A stretch of 64,000 nucleotides of DNA from Balanoglossus misakiensis. Taxonomy: Eukaryota > Animalia > Hemichordata. The notes under the pieces are model-generated. The model was not told where the DNA came from, searched no databases, and saw only the letters and a program-made list of their open reading frames with translations. The stretch lies in the NCBI GenBank assembly GCA_040954595.2, contig CM082591.2, positions 3,953,957-4,017,956 on the forward strand. Direction: 5' to 3'. The position numbers were made by a program, and so were the translations under genes. This document shows, one piece after another, positions 37,901 through 49,800 of this stretch (its first letter is position 1; each line of letters opens with the position of its first letter).

Positions 37901-40900
37901 AGATTTTATCCTTCACCTGAAGAAATTGTACTTCAAGTAATTTGCCTTTGTCTCTGAATTTTCCCAGGTACATGATAAAAGTGGTGAGAGATATTGGGCC
38001 AAACCAGGAGCTCTTTGCTATCCATAATGAAGAGTTTGCCACTGCCGAACCTGAGCCGGAAGAAGAGGAAGAAGAGACGACAAGCCAGGAAATCTTGGAT
38101 ATTCCGGATCCCTTGGAAGAGAGGAGCGAGGAGAGGCGGCCGAGTGATAGCAGCATGCCTCAGCTGGAAGCGGAAGAAGAACGGGAAATTGCCAATGCTA
38201 TACTTCCGGAAGACTTCGATAGCCCCGGAGAGTTTTCCCTGAAGCGGGAACTGTCTGAGGAGGAGGAGGTGGAGGAGGATGTGGTTGAGGAGGAGGAGGA
38301 GGAAGAAGAAGAGTCACCCCGGAAAAGTAAAAGACGCAAGCTGCTTGCTGCAGAGCCGGATGTCCCGGCTGACATCGGAATGATCGATCCGAATGATATA
38401 CTTCCGGAAGAACCCAAGGAAGAGAAGCCAAAGAGGAAATCGAGGAAGAAGAAGAAAGAGGCCCCGCCGAGTGAACGAGAGGAAAGTGCCAGCGCGAGCG
38501 AGAGTAGGACTCCAAGTCCTGTGAAGCCTGACCGGAAGAGGCGGTCTCGGCGAGACAAGTCCAAAGTGGAGGAGGTGGAAGAGAAAATGGATATACCCGC
38601 GGAAAGGGACGATTCGCCACCTCCAACGCCGCAGTTTGAAAAGAAAAAAGAGAAGAAGCGAACGCCGAAAGCCGACAGCCCTGATAAGAAAGAAACTGTG
38701 AAACGCAAGAGACAGAGGGAGGCGTCTGCCGAGAGCAAGCAGGCATCGGACAGGGAGTCCGAGCCCGAGGGGAGCGACGATGAAAAGGTGAAAGTGAAGT
38801 CGAAGAAGGAAAAGGAGAAAGAGAAGGACGACTCGGAAAAGAGAACCAAACGGAAGTGGACTCACAGAGAATTTACATGCGAAGTGTGCGGGGAGACAAT
38901 CCGGTATGTCACCAAGTTTGACCGGCATATGATGGAAAAGCACGGCATCAGCGAGCCGTGGAAATGCGAACACTGCCCGACCGAGCGGAAGTTCCGACTC
39001 TACGCCACTCTGGAGAAGCACATCCTGACCATCCATCCAGACATCTCGTTTAACTTTGAGAAGACCGAGACGCCGAACGAAAAGAAGGCGGCGAGCGGGG
39101 AAAAAGAAGTCAAAACTAAAAGGACTCGAAAGTCAAAGAAATGCAAGGGGGAGATCAATGACGTGACGCCGGCGAAGGAAACGGAGGTTGATAAGGGCGA
39201 GGATCGGGGGAGTGATAGCGACGATGAAAGTGCGGCGGAGAGAAAGACGAAGTACGAGAAAGAAATGGAGGAACTGCACAAGAGCGTGAAGCACTTGAAG
39301 ACGAAAGACAAGCGAGACAACAGCTCGGAGAAGAAGAAGGGAACCAAGAGCGGGGGTGAGAAGAAACGCAAGAAGTCCAAGAAGGATAAGAGCAGCAGTC
39401 AAGGAGAGCCGAGTCAGGATGAATCCGAGGAGATGGAGAAGAAGGTCAACGCCGAGATCCCGAACGATGACGATGAGGATAGCGAGGTGATGAGGAAATT
39501 GAGTTTCGGTCAGGACATTGAGCCTGTGATTGGCCTGGGCCTGGATAAAGTGAATGATAGTAACGGTTACTCAGAAGAAGACAGATCACCGCTTTTTAAG
39601 ATACAGACTGAGGATCGTTTGGCCAGGCAGCTTGCCCTGGCTGCTAAAGGCGATGAGCCGATCGCCAAGGATGGCGATGCTGATGATAAGCTGGATGACG
39701 AAGAGAGCGATGATGGGGAGAAAGAGGATAAGGGCGAGAAGACTTTGGATGGGGACGGTTCGACGAAGAAGAAGAGGAAACATCGGAAGCTGTCGTTTAC
39801 GTGCGAGGAATGCGATGAATCGTTTAAGTGGACTACCAAGTACATGAAACACATGAGTGATATTCACGGCGTCACGAAACCGTTCAAGTGCGAGAAATGT
39901 AACAATATATCGTTTGGCACGTACCAGAACTACGAAAGACACTGCCAAAGTAAGCACGATCCAAACAATAGCAGTAGCAGCCGCAGGGCATGGACTAAAC
40001 ACCACTTTAAATGCGAGGTCTGTGGCGAAAACATCATCCACGCCACTAAGTTCGACAAGCACATGTTCGAGAAACACGGCGTTGTCAAACCGTGGAAATG
40101 CAACCAGTGCGACCAGGCGTTCAGGCTCTTGAGTTCACTGAGGAACCATATCAATTACGTGCACGAGCAAATCGCCAGGCCCAAATCTGGCAAGTCGCGA
40201 GACAGTACTTCGTCCACGGCCAAGAAGGACTTGTCCAACGCTGATAAGGGACAGGCGTACGAACTGGACATCCTTGAAGAAAGGAACAAGGATAAGGGAG
40301 ATGATAGCGGGGATGAACCGCTGGTCAAGAAGGGGGAGGACGACACGGACGTGGACGAGGTGAACTCGTCGCCGTCCGAGATCAACGACACCACAAACGA
40401 AGACGCTACCTCGGAAGTGAACAAGAAGAAGAAGAAGGGAGGCTTCAAGAAATCCGGCGGGAAAAAATACGCGTCCCGGCAGTTCACCTGCCACCTCTGC
40501 CAGGAGAACGTCACCAGCGTGACCGGGTTCGAGAAGCACATGCTGGAGGAGCATCAGATTGACAATTGCTGGCAGTGCAAGCGCTGCAGCGTGGCGCCGT
40601 TCAGACTCTTCAACGGACTCCAGCAACACATGAAAAATATGCACACGGGGGACCAGGAGTCGAAGTCCGTCCTCTGCGAGCTGTGCGGGCGCTCGTTTAA
40701 GTCCGAGGAGAACTTGAAACGCCACATGAGAGTGCACCTTGACACCCTTCCATTTCTGTGCTCGCTGTGCGACAAATCCTTCGCCGGACAGGCGTCGCTC
40801 CAGGCGCACTTGGACAAGGAGCATGTGACGCACCCGGACGCGTTCAAATGCGACAAGTGTCTGAAGGTGCACACGTCGCAGGAACTCTTAGATCGCCACC

Positions 40901-42134
40901 GGGACAGTCAGGAGTGTACTTTCACCAAAGTACAATTTGCAGAGCTCAAAACTGGTAAGTCTGCCATCATGTAAGTTAAATATACACTGCTTGGTAACTG
41001 ATGCCAAGTTTCTATAGGTGACCATGTACTTTTATACAGAGTGTCCTAAAGAACTTGTTTAACCCTTTCACCACCATGGTTTGGTCCAAAGTCATAGTTC
41101 TCTGTGGTAAAATTGGATCTCTAACAAGGAACTGGGGGTGACAGGGTTAAAGAACAGGATGATTGATTTTGTTTAATCCCTCGATTTTGTGTCTTGGCGC
41201 AGATGACAGCACAGTGGTGTACAGGGAAAGCAGGGAACGCATACAGTGTAGTCACTGTGATCAGATGGTATTGAAACAGGATTACGACGACCACATCAAC
41301 ACTCATACAGGGAATAAACCCCATGAATGCAGCGAGTGTGGCAGAGGATTTGCCCACAGAGCCGGGCTCAATTTGCACATGAAGCAGGTAAAATCTTATT
41401 ACTTATCACACAGGGTTCAGTTAACCCTAACAGTGCCAAGTCAGTGGCAAACGTAGTCATTTTCCTACCCCCTAGATTGCCGGGCATACTTGACCATGGA
41501 GAGAATGAATTGGTATCAGACTGTGTAATGTCAAATAGTCCCCTCTATGGATGTCCAACCTTTCCATAGACAACAGTGGATTTGACTGGACCATGGTGAA
41601 AGGGTTAAATTGTGGATAGGAGGTTCAGTCCTTGATAAAACCACAGCTGCTCTAGTCTAGGCTTTTAGATCTATTTCATTCAAGAGCGCAGAATCTAGCA
41701 TAGGAAAAAGAATTTTTCAAACCAGTTGCTGTTGTTTTCTGACTTGATCTGTGCATTTTCCCCCACAGGTGCATACGGGCGAGAAGAATTACAAGTGTGA
41801 CATTTGCGGCAAGGCCTTCAAGTTGAAAAGCTACCTTCGGCAACACATGGTGACGCACTCCTCGGAGAAGCCCCACGTCTGCTCCATCTGCGGCAAGGGC
41901 TTCACCCGCAAGGCGTTCATGAAGAAGCACGAACGGCGCCACCAGGAGAACAAAGAGAGTGAGGAAGACAAGGATGATGCAAAAGAGGAGGAGGAGGACG
42001 TCAAGGAGCCGGACAACCAGAAAGATGAAAAGGACGAGGAAAAAGACGAGACGGAGAAAGAGGATGGGGATGATTACGATAAATCTGAAGGCCAGGCAGA
42101 TGAAGACAATGAGAATGAATCAACAGAGAAATAG
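34911..42134 (+). CDS. PRDM-like protein, ~1934 aa: low-complexity N-terminus, PR/SET domain, ~15 C2H2 zinc fingers
   Basis: Exons 34911-36857, 36965-37135, 37394-37542, 37968-40954, 41203-41387 and 41769-42134 are all GT-AG and phase-compatible. PR motifs: LPRELTL...VWAKQEIP-DTEFGPYQG, NWLRYISPA...QN, VRDIGPNQELF. C-terminal fingers have TGNKP/TGEKN/SSEKP linkers. Confidence 0.9.
41063..41146 (+). mobile_element. Mini piggyBac-like MITE in a PRDM intron
   Basis: TTAA-ccctttcacc...ggtgacaggg-TTAA. Confidence 0.7.
41425..41604. mobile_element. piggyBac-like MITE in a PRDM intron
   Basis: TTAA-ccct...gaaaggg-TTAA. The right part resembles the mini-MITE family. Confidence 0.5.
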
Positions 42135-45128
42135 ACCTGCAAAGCAGGTGTATATTGAATTCAGAGGTCAATATAAAATGTTATTGCCCTTCAAATATCA
42201 CATTATTGACCTTATCTGTATAGTTGAAAACTCTCACAGTAGGCAGTGGACCACAGTGGTCCTAATTATTATTCAGCCAGTCTAAAGTCCTCTGCAGACT
42301 TTTCATGTCATGTGAGGCTACTTTGTATATACCACTCAAAACAGACGAAAAATAATGGCGGATTTTAAATAGTACTAAATATTTATGGGGAAGATATTTT
42401 ACCGTTTTAAAAAGTAGATATCTAGATTTTTTTTTAAACGTTGAGGTCTTGTCCTCCATTTCATTGATTGATTAATTAGTTTTTTTTTTGCCAAAGTGGT
42501 GGATACATATGAATTCTTGTAAATATCAACTGTCTAACAATTTATGTGTTGTGGTTTTGAACGATAGAGTAGTGCCGAAAATGCCATTAACTACATTGTA
42601 TGTGTTTTAACATTCACTGAATGCTAGATACATTGGAAAGTGAATAGGAAAGTGAGAGGGAAAGTGAATGCTACTAATATGTCTGAAATTAGTGTAGAAT
42701 AAGAACATGAAGATATTACATCATGTGCAACCATTTTATTTCATATGTATTATTGCCCTCTGACATGATATTGAGAAAGGTCAATATATAACTTATCGCC
42801 TTATGAAGAGGTAGTGACTGGTTTAGAGTTAATCAATGCTCTACTTTGGTTTCCATGGCAAAGGTCCACATGCTAACTTATTGCTTTTTTGCAAGGTCAT
42901 GTTGTTTTACTGCCTCACGCAATGTTATTGCCTGTTTAAAAAGGTCCAGATTTCTTTAGATCGGTCTGCTCACTGTTACCCTCAGGAATGGCAATAACAA
43001 GTCTTCATCCCATCAGTCAATTACGACATGCTTGTTTTTTAACGTTTTTTTAACGAGTTTGAATATGTTTTCATTTTTCTGACCCATTTGCAACTTTTTT
43101 TCACCTCCAAATGGCAGAAGTTTTCAATAATTCATTTAATGTCGCTCCAAGTCGTGCAAATGCTGGTAGTTTGAAGCACCAGTTGCACTTTGACCAAATC
43201 AAGTTGTCCACATTAAGTTTTGGTGAGTACATGCAAACTGATCAAGTACGTTATCGTCATCCATGTAAATACAAACCAGTTTCTTTCATCAATATTCTGA
43301 AATTAGTTCCTGAACTCAGTTGTAGTCTTTCATAACATGTATACCTCTTTTGTGACTCAACAGTGATCATACAGCTCGATTGAATATGTAGGGAATCATG
43401 TCAGCTTTTTACCTACCCCTTTTGCCGATGTGCAGCTGATTCACCATAGCGCCCTCTACCAGCTTCATCTACAAAACCTTTGTTTTAAAAAAACGAAGGA
43501 TTCCTTCTTGTGGTCATTAGATCATTCCACTGAACTTCAGGCAGGGTTAATGGGTGACTTCATCAGTTATAGAAAACGGTAGTCTAAAACAATGATCCAG
43601 ATATGAAACCCCTTGAAATTAATTACTGCAAAAAAACCATGGCAAAATCTAGCAAAAAGCATGTACATGTAAACAAGAAAAACTCGCATACTGACCTTCA
43701 AAACTTGACAAATGACCTTGTGAACATTCACCTTTGAACTGTTTATACATTATGGTAGCTGTGTAACCTTGTAAGAAAAAAAGTTTAATTTTAGCAAAAA
43801 AATGTCTTTGAAATGATTATAGATGTATTTTGATGTCACAACCGTACAGCCAAATAACCATTATTTCTCTTTTTGTACTTAATTTGTAAGTATGGTGTAA
43901 AAGTTACTTTTTTCATGTATGTAGAAAATATCCACAGAAACTAACTGTCCAGTATTTTTGCTTTGTACTTTAGAAAAATGATTTTCATTATGTAAAAGCA
44001 TCATTCAAAAAAGTATTGTCTGGAGAGGATGATATTGTGAAACTTTGTACAAAATATAAATGAACTCAGAACAGTATAGCCAAACTGAATGAAAAAAAAA
44101 AATAATAAAAAGACTAATTTTTCCTGATAATGGAACTTCAGGATTGTTCATCACTTTGAACAGAGAATGGCAGAATTTGCCATGGAAGTCGATCTCACTT
44201 AAACTAGATGTGGTGTTCGATTGTTTGTAATTACATGTACTGTGTTCTCCACTGAGCCCTTCCATGATTGGAGCAAACGTATCCAGACCAAACAAACATG
44301 TAGATAAAAATGCAGCCTGTTGTAAAACCAAGCTCCTTTTAAAATATGCCAAATATTGAATTTTTATTTTCACTCAAACATGTTCTACTTAGTTTTTTTA
44401 ATTATAATAGTCAATCATTTCTTAATTTGTTTTCTCAGCTTGGCATGAAGAAGGTTTATTAACAATCAAAAACGGTAGATTTAGCAGAAATCATGGGACA
44501 AAATTCAGTGGAATTGTACTTTGCTGATTTTTTAAAAGGCTTTCTATAATCAACATTTTCAGTAGTTTTAGAGATTTTTCTCCAAGAATTCTAAGTGTAT
44601 GATAAAAAAGAGAATTTTTAAATCTCTGTTCACATTTTTAGAAGCTGTGTGTAGTCGACAGAAATTTGTTTCTGTAAGTGTAGCTTTCATAAATGTATTG
44701 TAATTTTTTATAGTATTTATAATCGTAAATTGTCGAAAATGTCCCAACTGCTTTGTGGTTTTCTGTTTATTTTTTAATATTTTAAAAAAGTTTTAAGTTT
44801 CAATGAACAAAAAAAATTGTACACATTGTAGGGAATGGAAGGGGGTATGGTAGATTGAGAGCATTTCGAGTGTGTGTATGTACGTATACCTGCATACAAA
44901 TACAACTACTGTTCCACACTGTTCCACCGATTTCTGTATTTTCAACATTCTTGATCAGGACACCTGACATTAAAGAAAGTGCAAAGCTAGAATCTTCTTC
45001 TTACGAGCGCGTCTTGTAGCTGTGTGTACGTAGACCTTCAGGTATCCAGCTTGATCTCTGTCTAGACTCATTGGCTCAAATCTCGGCCGTCAGTTTTCCT
45101 TGTACATTAAACGTAATCATGCAATAAA
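42135..45128 (+). other. Probable ~3 kb 3' UTR of the PRDM-like gene
   Basis: U/AU-rich sequence with several TGTA-ATA Pumilio-type motifs. AATAAA at 45123-45128 is followed by a T-rich tract; an earlier AATAAA also lies near 44104. Confidence 0.4.
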
Positions 45129-46871
45129 CAATACGTCTTCTTGCTCAGATGAGAAAGTTTTCTTTTTGCTTGTTATCATTTCCTTGTAGTTCATATCATT
45201 TTTTTTACCTGTAGTAGAGTAGAATTGTTGTATGAGATGATCTGAAAGGTGACTTCAGTCATTCATAGACATTAAAGGAACAGTTGCTGAATTGTTTGGT
45301 TATTTTTTCAGTATTTTTTGTTCTGTGGATTAACTCAAGTTGCTTGTATTACTCTGACACTATTCTAGAAAATCGTGTTTTGACCAGTTCATTACTCATG
45401 CAAAGTAACATGACATGTTTATTACACATGCGCAGTATCATTACATATGCAAATGACATGACTGGTCCATTAACACGTGCGAAGACCTAAACTAGACCAG
45501 ACTAAATGGAATTGTTAATGAATCGCTAATGAGGTTTTTGTTCTTTAATTTGCTAATGGGACAAGTCATGAACGCAATTACTTTGTTATGAAACGTTAAC
45601 ACGTTTTCAAGGTGTTAACGAACTGTTAACACGGAGGCTGTGCAGAACATGTGGACAGGACAAAAAAACTAGTACATGTACGACAGCTGGGCAAGTCTAA
45701 GATACCGTGTGAATCCAGCTGAACATTTTCGGAACTGTCTGAATCTACAGAGGGCGTTGTACTGTGTCCTGCCAAAATGGCGAATGGGAGCGATCAGTCA
45801 ACTCTATCTGGCCTTGTGTAAACTGCCGGAAAATTTATCAGGAAATATAATGAGAGTGAGTGGGTGGGTCCTGGTGGGAGGAGGAAAGAAGGAAGGATAC
45901 AACAGCCCTTGTTAATGTTTATCCAATCCATTTTTATAATTCCAAAAGTACCGATATATTTTTCTGCCATTTACAAAGATAAACACGGGAAACCACTTTT
46001 AAGTAAAACGAATTAATAGTTGGAAAAACAATGACAAAATCGCTAGGACCCAGGGTAGTTTTACAGGCCATTAAGTTTCTGTTTTTTTTCTGTGGTATAA
46101 TCGCCATGGACACGAGAGCGCACGTATCGATAGGTCCTAATGAAATGTACAGCGCGCGCAACCGCGCCCTATCTAAAAAGCGTAACACGTCAAAACACCC
46201 AGCGTCGTGACATCTTATTCATAAATGTAGAATGGCTCATTATTATGCAGAGAATGACAAAATGGAAGTCATTATTTTCCGGCTAAGAGGATTTCAGTGC
46301 ACAGCTGTGCCTAACCTATTTGCACTGTCGATGTAATCCGTGTTTCCGGTTATTTTCTGACTTCGTTGATAAAATATTCTAAATCAGTGTTCTAACATTT
46401 AAAATTTCATTTTATCAACAAAAATGTATTTTTAAGAACCTTTATTGTGCATAGTGACGTTTGTTATTCTGATAAAGAATGGAGACGAAAAGTTTTTATT
46501 CTTGTCCTGTTTTTCAAAAAAAAATAGTCGATTTTCGCGCATCAACAAAGCGATAGTTAACAGTAATGAATAGCCTTTTTCCCATGGGAGCCATTTTAAA
46601 CATCACGAGCTGAGCAAAGTCAAACTAGACTGATTTGAATAATAAACCTTCGCTTTTGCACTCTTCCAAGTTTCATCCACCAAATCTGAGATTGCGCATT
46701 GCGGATTCGTAGGTCAAAGTTCGAGGGCTGCATCTGTTGCCTCGTCGTCGTGAATATTACGTGACGTCACTGCATACGTGTGAGTCCGGGTGTCGAGGTC
46801 TGTGTCGGTGTGTACGACCTGTTCGGTGGTTGTGTGTCGGCTGCAGTTGTCCAGAATCGAACTCTGGCACC

Positions 46872-49800
46872 ATGAAGGCTTCGATGACATCGGGCCAAAT
46901 TCGTCCAATTATTTTCACCGCCACTTTCCTCACGCAACTTATACTGCTTTTTTACGTTTACAGTGGTAAGTCCGTTTTTACAACTTTTTCTTTCAGTAAT
47001 TTCCGACATGTCTTACTTGCCACTTTTAATCATGCCACAGTCAACGTAAAATGCCATAATGGCACCCGTTTTAACATTTCGTTTCCGACTAGCTTAAGAT
47101 TCTGTTTGGTTTACAGTAAGACGTATGAAATACTATTACTTTACACAAAGTTATTTTTTAATACGAAAATGATAAACTGGCATTTTTTTTCATTCCCGAG
47201 ACTGATGCAAAATTATATTATTGCGAACGGAATTCTTTAATCACATCAACTGGTCAGCAATTCTAACATCACCGAATAAAACAATTTGGTCGTAAAACTT
47301 ACGAGCTTATTTCCATCCATGCGACTGGACATGATAAAAGTATACAGCGAATAAGTTGCTTGTCATTGCTAAACAAAACGATATATATTTGAAACCTTAT
47401 TGTGGTACAGAATTTTTGGCAAATATTAAAATATTGGCTTTCGTTTTGGTGCGCAATATAAGGGAACGATAATTTTTACTGTCAATTTTTCCATGTGTAG
47501 CTGTCAGGCAAGAAGAGTATATCGTCACACAAACCAGATCAGCAGTCAGTCCCGGAAATGGCTATCACGGATGTGACGTAAGTATTGATCGCGTCCATTT
47601 TGTTTTTGACATAAATTTTCTTGTTTTTTTGAAGGTAGTTAAATTTTTGTCTTCTTTGGTTAAGCCCTTTACTTATCTTGATTATTTACCGAATTGTCGG
47701 CCAAATTTTATGTTTCTCTTTGACACAACACAAATTATGCGCATAACTTTTTTGAAATGTACCACACTACATTTAAAACAATGTTTCATTAACCTGTGTT
47801 AACTCTCTTCATTTTAGACTGTACATATGCTCATCAACATCCCCTACAAAGATATCACGAGGAACTTGACGACGACATTAAAATCCATATATTTTTCGCG
47901 GACGACGCCACTGCACTTCCATTTTATCGTCGACCAAGAGAGAACCGGCTACGTCTTGAGGACATTCTTCAAGACATGGAGCGTGCCTGGAGGTATGTCT
48001 TGATATGAATTACTAATTGGCAATAATGTTGTGAATATGTGGATAGTGTAATGTCTCTCACTTTATAGAATCATAGCCTGAATGTTATCCCCAAATCATG
48101 GAAACCGATAATACGCCATCTAACCCTTTATTATGTACCCACTGTTTTAATGTCACTATTGGTGAAGCAAAATCACATCAAGTGATATGGCATAATATTC
48201 GAGCATGTTCGATGACACGTCGTGGCGTGTGACACTTTGAACTCTGACTCCGGGCCATTTCATAAATCACCAATTTGAATGACAAAACATGTCACAGATG
48301 CGGCTAGTATTAATTCAAGCCGTGGTAATCCGTTATGTATTTAAAGCAAAATATAGATGCAAATTTACACATTAAAATCTGGGACATTTTTTTCTTAACG
48401 TTTATGAAGCAGTAAGTTAACAATTTCAAAAAATATTTTTTTTACGGGTTCGTTTGAATTTCGTAATGCTCAAAAACAAATAATCAGGAGTCAAAGAAAA
48501 TATGTACAAATTTACGAGACACATAAATATGTCAGAGGCAAAATATGAATCTATAATACTATAACTTTGTGAGATCTCACCTTCAGTATCCACGATAGCA
48601 TTTTGAATGTCCCGTATGTCATCCACTGCACATGCCCTGTCGATAAAAATACGCGTCAGCTGTTTCGGTTTTCGATCAGTGCATGCATTAAGCCGATTAC
48701 AATGAAATAGATGGTGTATTTCTAGAAAGAAGCTGATGATTGACTCTTTGGAATGGGTGTCGATTTGAAATACAATCATGAGCTTCACAGCAGAGTTTTT
48801 CTTCTCGTTTCATACCTTCCAATCCTTGACAGTCTGGTGTGTACGGCGTCTAAGGAAAACTGTCCAGAAGAAAGATTCTAACACTTCGTATACCATGTCC
48901 GTGTTACTCACCGAATTTGTCTTACACTTTCTTCTCAGTGAATTGTTCCACGTACTTTTCGTCGGAAATGAAGGAGCTGATGTCGAACCCGTCGACGAGG
49001 ATACAAAAGGTGAGATGCTGTCTTCGTGACACCTTGTGGGTTTGTGTGATGTGGTACTGGTAGAATTGAAGCATGTGCACAGACAAACAGGAAGCTACTG
49101 AGACCATGCCGAAAATTGATACATCAGTAAGCCAAATATGGGCAATGGCCTATTCAAAAAGAGGAGTGAGGTTCAAAGGTTATGGTAGAGAGAATGGTAT
49201 TACTCGCAACAAATGTAACAAGCATCTAAAAGATATCAAAGTTGCCAGACAGATTGACGCCAGTGGGCAACGGTCGACCTTAGACCAAATACCAGTCAAA
49301 GAATTTATTTAAACTTTTCAACTACTTTGTTGCAGCTTATGTACTTTGACTGGAACACAATATTCCTGGGCGACCCCGCGGAAGTATGGACAGAATTCAA
49401 CAATTTTGGTCCAACGCAAGCGATAGCTCTTGTGGGCTTGACCATGGAGCCGCAAGACATGAATGTCAATCTGATGCTGTTGGAAATGAATAAGGTAATG
49501 GATCTGCAGGCGGACGAAGTTCTGCAGAAGGTGGGAATTGGAAGCAGTCCACAAGATCCCGTGGAGCACACAAATGAATTGCATAAGGTAAGTTTGCATC
49601 TGTTTGCCCAGTCAATCAATCAATCATGTTTGTCTGCGTATCTGCCTACCTATTCATGTACTACTTTATACCTTTCAGGCTGTAGCTACGCTTGCGCAAA
49701 CCAATCCGGAAACGATTTTCCTGCTTCCATGCAACTATAACTTGGATTTTTCCAATTCTTCATTGGTGAGTATACGGTTAACACTGCTTTTATATGTGAA

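Noticed and set aside
34872-40874. Long minus-strand ORFs (e.g. 34872..35579, 36000..36833, 38160..38849, 40135..40872)
   Set aside because: Antisense shadows of the GC3-rich PRDM exons; no domain-like content.
47796-48008. Track ORF suggesting a frameshift in LARGE-like exon 3
   Set aside because: The true frame (TVHMLINIPYKDITRN...) is open and phase-compatible; the track shows another frame.
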